Below are positions 8,257 to 15,526 of a stretch of DNA of 64,000 nucleotides, one piece after another (position 1 is the stretch's first letter; every line of letters starts with the position of its first letter). A program made the position numbers and the translations under genes. A model generated the notes under the pieces. The model saw only the letters and a list, made by a program, of their open reading frames with translations. It did no database searches and had not been told where the DNA came from. This stretch comes from Synechococcus sp. (lineage in GTDB: Bacteria > Cyanobacteriota > Cyanobacteriia > PCC-6307 > Cyanobiaceae): positions 9,149-73,148 of the forward strand of contig JBJBBP010000001.1 in the NCBI GenBank assembly GCA_047286285.1, written 5' to 3'.

Positions 8257-10725
8257 TTAAGATATAATGATACTTCCCGACATGTCTAAATGATTTTGAC
8301 AAACGTAATACAAAGTAGTTCCTGCCATACCAAATGTGAAAAGTAATACCTCACCTTCAATAGCTCCACCTCCCATACTACCACCATCATCCCAATTTTG
8401 TCCGTTAACCCAAGTAGGAAGTTGATCGCCAGTACCAGGAGTAAGTGCAGTCTTAAGTAGAAATGGATGAACATCGTATGGAGGACCACCAACGTATGTT
8501 CCTAAACTAACATTAAATTTGATTATATCATTAGCATTACAATTAAGTGTTGGGTTGGCAGCATTATCATGATTGGTTACTCTATCAGAACCATTAAAAA
8601 TATATGCAGTGTTTCCAGAGTAAGTAACACTAACTGTTATTACTTGACCAGTTCCTGGTGCTGATCTATTAAGTGTTGAGACTCTAGGAAAAGTAAGACC
8701 ACTAGTAGATCTAAGTCCTCTTGGTTCAGACATCAATCCTGTTACACCCTCTCTAGGATTTTTGGCATGTAGATATAAATTTGGACTATCTTTACTGCAA
8801 CTAGGATCAGCAAATGTTCCAGCAGTATTTGTTACTTGTATTACGTCGATATCTCCTACCATGCCAGGATGCACAGCACACTGATACTTAAATGAACCTG
8901 CAGTATTAGGTGTCCATGACACTGTGTTGTTACCAGTAGAACCTTGACCAGTAGCAGGTGGTGTACTTACATTTGCACCACCAGCTGATACTCTGATATA
9001 AAATGGGTGAATAGTTGATACGTTACTCAAGTTAAAATTAACTGTGTCACCAACATATATTGTTACAGGTGCATTGTTACCAGATACAGAACCAAGTCTA
9101 TCAGTTCCATTGAGTGTATACACCGATGCTGACGGTGCAGTTGTTGTTATGTTATAAGTTGTTGGTGTAGATGATGCACCACCAGGATTAGAATCAAAAG
9201 TCATATCACCAAAGATGCTATGATCTTTTAAATATTTTCTTGCAATCGAATTTGTAAATCTATCCTTACCAGTAGCTAGACATGCTAGTACACCTGCTAC
9301 CTGTGGTGATGCCATGCTAGTTCCTTGGATAGGATAGTAAAAGTTTGTTGGTGCTCCACCATACTTATTGTCAGGAATTCCAGCACTATTGTATGCAGAC
9401 AGAATATTATTTCCTGGTGCAAAGATATCAATATTAGGACCGAAGTTAGAGTAAGTAGATCTTCTGAAATCAGCATAGTTACTTAAAGCTCCAACACAAA
9501 TTGCATTAGGAGAATTTCCTGGCGATGATCCTCTGTTATAAAAAACTGTTCCTAGTCCAGAAATAGTTACTGTATTATAGTAATCAGGATCACCATCAGA
9601 AACACAGTGAAAATCATTATTACCAGCTGCTGCAACAATTACAACACCATCTGAAATAGCATCTTCAATATCAGCGTTGGTAAATGCGTTATCTGCATTA
9701 AGTCTCATTTTGTTAGGTGCAAAACCAAAGTCCACTTCGATTCCACCCCAAGTCCAACCACTAGGATTAGGATTACTACTACTGTAAGTTACTCCTCTGT
9801 AATCTATTTGAATAATATCACTAAGATCAAGACTTTCTTTCTCTAAAATATCATCTAAGGAATAACCATAACTCCAACTATGATTTGTAATTGTTGGATT
9901 CTTTATACCAGTGGCAGGATTAATTGCTTTGTTCTGATGGAAAGCTCTTAAGTAATCAAAGATTAATAGATCTGGCACAGGTGTTCCCGTGTTTGCAAGA
10001 TTACCAAGGACTTGCAAACTGTAGATATTTGCTTCTCTTGCCCATCCATAGTGTTGTCCTGCTACTGTTCCAGCAACGTGTGTGCCATGACTCTCAGTGT
10101 TAGTAGCATTATCAAAGTAATTTGAATATGGTGCAGCAGGTGTTGATTGACCATCATCATCAATTGATGTTACAAGACTATTAAGTTCAGTATACCAATC
10201 ATAAGTTTTAAATCTTGTCGTACCTGTGCTAGGACTATCCCATTCACCACAGTCAATTGATACTGGATCATCACAGATCACTACATCAACATGCTTACCA
10301 TCACTAAAAATATCTACAGCATCAATTGATTGTTCGTAAGATCCACCTTCACTAATAAGACCCCATTGGTTCTTAGCTCTCTGTACAGTATCACCAGCAC
10401 AATGTAACTGTCCCCACTGCTTATTTTGATCGTTTAAACCACCTGAATTATATCCTTTCCAAAAACTTCCACTAGCATTGTATGTCGTATAGTTAGTAGT
10501 CTCTCTACCAATAGATATACCACGTTCTTCTGGTGGTAATTGTACATCCCAAACTCTAGGATCTTGACGTAATTTTTCTGCTTGCTCCTCATTCATCTTA
10601 TAATGAGTGTTCCTACTCATAGGACGTTTCATTACTAGATGATAATCATTAGACTCCATCTCACTGTAAAACTGCTCTAGATCCTCATGTTTGTAGAGCG
10701 TTACGATGTAGATCTTATCTTCCAT
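8257..10725 (-). CDS. Pro-subtilase (S8-like serine protease with I9-like propeptide) fused to two C-terminal cupredoxin-like modules
   Basis: 822-aa ORF with an ATG start. Propeptide-like IYIVTLYK..AEKLRQDPRVWDV. Subtilase motifs in order: VVICDD (D152), SHGTHVAGT (H213), AAAGNN (N369), GTSMASPQVAG (S470). Copper-site-like motifs IHPFY..YQCAVHPGMVG and VHPFL..YYVCQNHLDMSG. Confidence 0.85.
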   Translation of the reverse strand: MEDKIYIVTLYKHEDLEQFYSEMESNDYHLVMKRPMSRNTHYKMNEEQAEKLRQDPRVWDVQLPPEERGISIGRETTNYTTYNASGSFWKGYNSGGLNDQNKQWGQLHCAGDTVQRAKNQWGLISEGGSYEQSIDAVDIFSDGKHVDVVICDDPVSIDCGEWDSPSTGTTRFKTYDWYTELNSLVTSIDDDGQSTPAAPYSNYFDNATNTESHGTHVAGTVAGQHYGWAREANIYSLQVLGNLANTGTPVPDLLIFDYLRAFHQNKAINPATGIKNPTITNHSWSYGYSLDDILEKESLDLSDIIQIDYRGVTYSSSNPNPSGWTWGGIEVDFGFAPNKMRLNADNAFTNADIEDAISDGVVIVAAAGNNDFHCVSDGDPDYYNTVTISGLGTVFYNRGSSPGNSPNAICVGALSNYADFRRSTYSNFGPNIDIFAPGNNILSAYNSAGIPDNKYGGAPTNFYYPIQGTSMASPQVAGVLACLATGKDRFTNSIARKYLKDHSIFGDMTFDSNPGGASSTPTTYNITTTAPSASVYTLNGTDRLGSVSGNNAPVTIYVGDTVNFNLSNVSTIHPFYIRVSAGGANVSTPPATGQGSTGNNTVSWTPNTAGSFKYQCAVHPGMVGDIDVIQVTNTAGTFADPSCSKDSPNLYLHAKNPREGVTGLMSEPRGLRSTSGLTFPRVSTLNRSAPGTGQVITVSVTYSGNTAYIFNGSDRVTNHDNAANPTLNCNANDIIKFNVSLGTYVGGPPYDVHPFLLKTALTPGTGDQLPTWVNGQNWDDGGSMGGGAIEGEVLLFTFGMAGTTLYYVCQNHLDMSGSIIIS
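8260..8643 (-). other. Cupredoxin-like module 2 of the 822-aa protein (aa ~695-822)
   Basis: NDIIKFNVS..YDVHPFLLK ... TTLYYVCQNHLDMSGSIIIS. Candidate ligands are H753, C809, H812 and M815. Their codons were checked: CAT 8469..8467, TGT 8301..8299, CAT 8292..8290, ATG 8283..8281. Confidence 0.55.
8830..9144 (-). other. Cupredoxin-like module 1 of the 822-aa protein (aa ~528-632)
   Basis: VTIYVGDTVNFNLSNVSTIHPFYIR ... GSFKYQCAVHPGMVGDIDV. Candidate ligands are H573, C616, H619 and M622. Their codons were checked in the DNA: CAC 9009..9007, TGT 8880..8878, CAT 8871..8869, ATG 8862..8860. Confidence 0.6.
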
Positions 10726-10726
10726 T

Positions 10727-11572
10727 TTAAGCCTCTAGTTTGAGATAGGTAAGAGTTACACCAACAACTGCTGTGGATCCACTTTGGTTTACAATTTTAG
10801 CGTATGTTGTTCCTGTTCCTCCCTCGTTATAACAAATAGTAGCAGGAGTAATAGCTTGTGTTTGAGCACCAGTAGTAATTACCTCAGAAAGAACACCAGA
10901 ACCAGGTGTTGGATCAGTAAATTGAGATCTAGTAGCATCACTTGTCCTAGCAGATGTACTAGAATATAATGTTACCCATGCAGCATGTGTTGTTTGAATG
11001 CTCATCAACGCATATGATTTGGGAGTTGAGAAAGAAACATTAACATAAGATAGGTTTGCAATAGACCATGATCCTGACACTGTAGTTCTTGTTTGTAGTC
11101 CTCCAGAAGGAGGAAGAGATTTCCATTGACTAGTAGTGCCATCATATGTTAATACATCACCAGTCGTAACAGTTCCAAGAGTTACATCAGAAAGACCATT
11201 TATTCCTAGTGTAGTTAAATATCCTGCACTAGCGTGGTTACCCCAACCATATGCTGTATTCCAATTGGTAATATTGGTGCTGGAAATACCAGAAGCTGCA
11301 GATGCACCAAATACAGGATCAGTTTCTGACGTTAGATAACCAGAAAGATCAGGTGGAGTATAAGAAAAAACACCAGTAGCACTGGTGTATGAAAGAGATG
11401 GAGTTCCAGCAGAGTTAGTAGTAACACTAAAGAGAGTCGTGTCAGTAGCACTCGCTCCAGCACCAGCTGCTTGCCATGAAGATCCGTTCCACGAGTAAGT
11501 AATACCAGCTACCGTATAGGTATAAGATCCATTTGTTGGTTGTCCTGCAGTTGCAGGAAAATTGATTGCCAT
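10727..11572 (-). CDS. Short tail-fibre-like protein (281 aa)
   Basis: N-terminus MAINFPATAG..ITYSWNGSSW parallels that of ORF 11603..12862. One ETDPVF..NWNTAYGWGNHASAGYLT repeat. The C-terminal ~115 aa (AWVTLYSS..DPTPGSGVLSEV..TLTYLKLEA) parallel the C-terminus of ORF 15527..18523. Confidence 0.8.
   Translation of the reverse strand: MAINFPATAGQPTNGSYTYTVAGITYSWNGSSWQAAGAGASATDTTLFSVTTNSAGTPSLSYTSATGVFSYTPPDLSGYLTSETDPVFGASAASGISSTNITNWNTAYGWGNHASAGYLTTLGINGLSDVTLGTVTTGDVLTYDGTTSQWKSLPPSGGLQTRTTVSGSWSIANLSYVNVSFSTPKSYALMSIQTTHAAWVTLYSSTSARTSDATRSQFTDPTPGSGVLSEVITTGAQTQAITPATICYNEGGTGTTYAKIVNQSGSTAVVGVTLTYLKLEA
11214..11272 (-). repeat. DNA repeat copy X (46 nt perfect, 59 nt with 2 mismatches) shared with 17991..18049
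   Basis: gttaaatatcctgcactagcgtggttaccccaaccatatgctgtat is identical at 11214..11259 and 17991..18036. It encodes part of the WGNH fibre repeat. Confidence 0.9.
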
Positions 11573-11596
11573 TTCTTAAGATGCTCCTTCCGTTGG

Positions 11597-11604
11597 TATT
11601 TATT
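11597..11604 (-). promoter_or_regulatory. T4-type late-promoter-like box AATAAATA
   Basis: Overlaps the TAA stop of ORF 11603..12862 and ends 24 nt upstream of the ATG at 11572. Confidence 0.4.
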
Positions 11605-12862
11605 AAGCGTCAGTTATAGCTAGGATTGCTGATTTAAAATCTTCAAAACTACTAGAGGCATTCAATGCTTCTTTTAATTTAGCAAGAGTTATAACATAAC
11701 TTGTTGTTTGTGCAGATCCACCTGCATCATGTTGTGCAGTTTTAATGAAAGGTCCTTCATGATAAAGAGTATTATCTGACAAGAATAAGTGGCGAATCTT
11801 ATACTCAGCAGATCCAATGTCATGTGCAGCATTAGTATCAGGAAGAATATGTGCCTTCATACTTACAGTTCCAGATGCACCAATGGTAGTTGCATCTGCC
11901 AATGGTGGAGATGCATCAACCCACTGAGAACTATCGGTATCTGTGTAGTATACTTTCAGACGACCAGTGTCACTTTCCCACCATAGATCACCAGCACTAG
12001 GAGATCCTGCAGGAATAGTATCAGAGATAGTTACGTTAGCACCACCCTGAGCACCGCCACCACCTTGTGCAGCAGCTGGTGCCCATGCAGAACCATTCCA
12101 AGTTAATACATCATTTGAACTAGGAGCAGTACTAGAGACATTACCAAGGTCACCAATCTCGGATCCTTCATCTAGTAATTGAACCCATGTACCACCATGT
12201 GCAAAGTATCCATGACCCTCAGCATGAACATGTGCAAACATACCATGATAGGTAGTTGCATTAACAGCATTAAGTGCAGTTAGATCAGCAAAGTTATTGG
12301 AATAAAAAATCTTTCCTGTAGTTGTAATATCAGTAGTAGTTGTTGCACCTCTACCTGTTACAGTAGCAAGAGTATCTGCCTCTGCTGTTAAATATCCTCC
12401 AGTGCTATGGTCACCCCAGTTGTAAGCGGTGTTCCAGTTAGTAATATTTGTTCCTGTAATACCACCAGCTGGTGATGCAGCGAATACAGGATCTGTTTCT
12501 GTGTATGAAGTTAAAAAATTAGGAGTCCAATTTTCCCAAGCAGCGTTAGCAACACTGTACTTTAGTAACTGTGCATCTTGTAGAGTTGTTATACTTACAT
12601 CAGTATGAGAACTAATAGATCCTGTAGAAGTTAGATATCCAGCAGCACCATGATCTCCCCAACCATATGATGTGTCCCAATTTGTAATATGCGTTGATAG
12701 AATATTACTGGCAGGAGACGCACTAAAGATAGGATCAGTTTCAGATGAGGTAAACTGGAATCTACCTAACACCTTCCACGTTGTTCCATCCCATGTCCAT
12801 GTTACACCACCAGAAGTATATGTGTCATTAATATTCGGTGATGCAGGAAAATCTAATGCCAT
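11603..12862 (-). CDS. Tail-fibre-like protein (419 aa)
   Basis: N-terminus MALDFPASPN..VTWTWDGTTW. Two ETDP(I/V)F..NW(D/N)T(S/A)Y.WGDH..GYLT repeats. The SAGDLWWESDTGRLKVYYTDTDSSQWVDASPP motif is shared with ORF 15527..18523. Confidence 0.8.
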   Translation of the reverse strand: MALDFPASPNINDTYTSGGVTWTWDGTTWKVLGRFQFTSSETDPIFSASPASNILSTHITNWDTSYGWGDHGAAGYLTSTGSISSHTDVSITTLQDAQLLKYSVANAAWENWTPNFLTSYTETDPVFAASPAGGITGTNITNWNTAYNWGDHSTGGYLTAEADTLATVTGRGATTTTDITTTGKIFYSNNFADLTALNAVNATTYHGMFAHVHAEGHGYFAHGGTWVQLLDEGSEIGDLGNVSSTAPSSNDVLTWNGSAWAPAAAQGGGGAQGGANVTISDTIPAGSPSAGDLWWESDTGRLKVYYTDTDSSQWVDASPPLADATTIGASGTVSMKAHILPDTNAAHDIGSAEYKIRHLFLSDNTLYHEGPFIKTAQHDAGGSAQTTSYVITLAKLKEALNASSSFEDFKSAILAITDA

Positions 12863-12887
12863 TTCTAGACGATACTACTTTCTTTTG

Positions 12888-12895
12888 TATTTAGT
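12888..12895 (-). promoter_or_regulatory. Weak late-promoter-like box ACTAAATA
   Basis: Overlaps the TAA stop of ORF 12895..13182 and ends 25 nt upstream of the ATG at 12862. One mismatch to the NATAAATA pattern. Confidence 0.3.
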
Positions 12896-13182
12896 TATCT
12901 ATTGTAGTACCCTCTTGGGAACAGTAATCCAAAGTATGGTCTTCTACCTCTTAGGAAACCACGTTGAGGACGACGCTTCTGATATGGTTGATTGTTTTGA
13001 GGTCCAGAATAATCTAAGTTATTAATATCAAAGTTATTAGGTGTACCTGCCTCAGCAGTTACTCTATCAATAGAAGAAAAAACAGTTGCGATGAAAGCAG
13101 TTGCAGTATTTGGTTGCAACTTGGTTTCATCAAAACCATCTATAGGAGCAGCAGGTGCTTCCGAGAGTGTTATTAATGCCAT
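12895..13182 (-). CDS. Small hypothetical protein (95 aa) with an Arg/Gly/Tyr-rich C-terminal tail
   Basis: The ATG shares 1 nt with the upstream TGA (TGATG). Tail sequence QKRRPQRGFLRGRRPYFGLLFPRGYYNR. No recognisable family. Confidence 0.55.
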   Translation of the reverse strand: MALITLSEAPAAPIDGFDETKLQPNTATAFIATVFSSIDRVTAEAGTPNNFDINNLDYSGPQNNQPYQKRRPQRGFLRGRRPYFGLLFPRGYYNR

Positions 13183-15521
13183 CAGCTAATCCTTGCTAAG
13201 AACAACATACCAATTGTAGAATTATTATCTACACCATCAAGACCATTCTGTTGCGTTTGATATGAACCACGAATAATTTCATATGTTTCAGTTCCACCAA
13301 CGGTTACAGTATCACCTGTTCTAAATTGTGTTAGACCAGGAGTTGTTGATACCTGTAGCATTACAAAATCATCTGGTAGATAATAAGGACATGGAACCAT
13401 TCTCTCATTGATTGGCAAACCTTTAAATGGTTTGTAGTAATTTGCTTCTGATGCTACAGAATTTCCAAGGTGTTGATCATAAGCATTGTTTCTATAATAC
13501 AGATACATGTCTTGATTCTCTCCACCTTCTGTTTCTATGTTACATTTATAACTACTTGTGGTGAATAGATTTGGATAGTCAGGATCTCTTAGGTAACCAA
13601 AGAAAGCCTCTCTGGCGATACTATTTTGACTAACTGGTTCTGCATTAGTTCCTACCTGTGTACTATAAGATCTCACAGGAGAACATGAACAATGATCTAA
13701 CTCAATAGATCTTGTACCAGTACCATATATCATCATTGATCCATTGAAAACATAATCATAATCCCAAACATTAGTTCCAAATGTAGCACCTCTATAAATT
13801 GTAAAGGCACCGTAAGGTTGAACAATATTATTAATTGTTTGACAGAACTGAATGACAGCAAAGTCAGTGTCTTGTGGTGCTTGTGCTCTATACACCCTGA
13901 TTTCTAAAGGATATGCTGTTGGAGTAGAGTTAGTACAATAATTAATAGATGGGAAAGAGTAATAACTGCTATTAGTAGAGGTAAGTGGATAAGCAAAAGA
14001 ATTCATGTAATCCAATCCAAGTTTTCCTACAAACTCACCAGCATTAGAAGATCCAGAAGATGAACGAGTTCCAATTTTATTCAACCATTTATATCCACTT
14101 CCAGAATTGAATACCAATCTATTGTTCGCAGTAGTATCAAATCCAAATGAATAGTAAGTAGTTCCATATGTTTTAGAAGCATCATTGATATTTTTTAAGA
14201 TAGCCCACCGACCATTGTTTGCTTTCTGAAAGAAATTAGAACCACCACCTACATTTGTTATACGAACAGAAGGTGTGCCATCATTACCATTACTATCATT
14301 AAATACCCCAAATACAATATCATTAGCAGGTGTTGCTCCACCAATCTGATCGCCAGGAATAGTAAAGACATCACTATCATTCCATCCAGTTCCCTTAGTT
14401 AAAATTTCAACGTTGTGTATACTTCCTCTATAAGAACTCTGTGTAGATGTATACCTATACACTCTAACTTTTAAGGCAGATCTACCACCACTTGCAGGAA
14501 CTTCATAATCCCAGAAAGGACTATATTGAGAGGTATTGCTTTTGGCTTGTGGGGTTATATTAATTACACCCTTCATCCCAGAGTTAGTATCATTAGCGTA
14601 AATATATTTTCTTCCTGCTCCTACAGCTTCTGATGGAGAAAACAATTCCGCATCAGCAGGATTAGTAAACGATTGTCTATATCCATTAGTATTCCATACT
14701 ATAGTGCCAGTATCAGATCCAGTTCCAGTGGGAGGAGTTGTATTGTAATCGGATTGATCTAACAATGAACCAACTCCGTTCCATCCATTTACAACATACT
14801 TATTAGCATCATAGTCATCGGTATCATAACAAAGATACATATTACCACTTCCAGCAGTATCTAAACTAATGTTTAGAACATCACCTAAAGGAATATTGAT
14901 GGTACGGTTATTAAAAGAAGCATCATCAATATCCCTGAAACCATATACAGTACTAGATTTAGTAGCAATATTTGTCTGATACCCACCATCACTTAGAACA
15001 ACATTAGTACCATTACCAGCGTCTGTAGCATTTGCTGCTAACTTAAAATAATTTTCATCAACAAGAATAACATAATAAACTGTATCTAATGTCAAACCTT
15101 CAACACCATAGTTTGCATTTGTTCCACCAGGAGCAAAATGAACTGCTTGACCTTGAGTAAATCCATGTTGGTCAATTCTAATCTGATTTGGATATGTACT
15201 ATCAGTACTAGAATACCAATAATAATATTGCTGGGATGGAACCGACCTCAAGAGTCTGTAAGCAGATGTACCATCTGCTGTTGCAATATAATAATGTGTT
15301 TTAGTAGTATACCAAACTGCAGGACCACCTGTGTTTCTCCATGACTCATCAAAACCAGTAACACCAGCTGGACTGATCATTGCTTGAGGAACACCAGTTG
15401 AAGCACTACCACCATGAAATCCTAGGTTAGCAAATACAGTCTCCAACGCATCCATCACGTCAGATTCAGTCCAACCAGTGTTGCCGTTATTGACATCAAC
15501 GACTGACTTTAAAATTGCCAT
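13182..15521 (-). CDS. Virion structural protein (779 aa), function unknown
   Basis: Long ORF with an ATG start, embedded between fibre genes. Contains YYVILVDENYFKLAANATDAGNGTNVVL, a segment type seen in phage fibre/baseplate proteins. Confidence 0.75.
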   Translation of the reverse strand: MAILKSVVDVNNGNTGWTESDVMDALETVFANLGFHGGSASTGVPQAMISPAGVTGFDESWRNTGGPAVWYTTKTHYYIATADGTSAYRLLRSVPSQQYYYWYSSTDSTYPNQIRIDQHGFTQGQAVHFAPGGTNANYGVEGLTLDTVYYVILVDENYFKLAANATDAGNGTNVVLSDGGYQTNIATKSSTVYGFRDIDDASFNNRTINIPLGDVLNISLDTAGSGNMYLCYDTDDYDANKYVVNGWNGVGSLLDQSDYNTTPPTGTGSDTGTIVWNTNGYRQSFTNPADAELFSPSEAVGAGRKYIYANDTNSGMKGVINITPQAKSNTSQYSPFWDYEVPASGGRSALKVRVYRYTSTQSSYRGSIHNVEILTKGTGWNDSDVFTIPGDQIGGATPANDIVFGVFNDSNGNDGTPSVRITNVGGGSNFFQKANNGRWAILKNINDASKTYGTTYYSFGFDTTANNRLVFNSGSGYKWLNKIGTRSSSGSSNAGEFVGKLGLDYMNSFAYPLTSTNSSYYSFPSINYCTNSTPTAYPLEIRVYRAQAPQDTDFAVIQFCQTINNIVQPYGAFTIYRGATFGTNVWDYDYVFNGSMMIYGTGTRSIELDHCSCSPVRSYSTQVGTNAEPVSQNSIAREAFFGYLRDPDYPNLFTTSSYKCNIETEGGENQDMYLYYRNNAYDQHLGNSVASEANYYKPFKGLPINERMVPCPYYLPDDFVMLQVSTTPGLTQFRTGDTVTVGGTETYEIIRGSYQTQQNGLDGVDNNSTIGMLFLARIS

Positions 15522-15526
15522 CTTTG

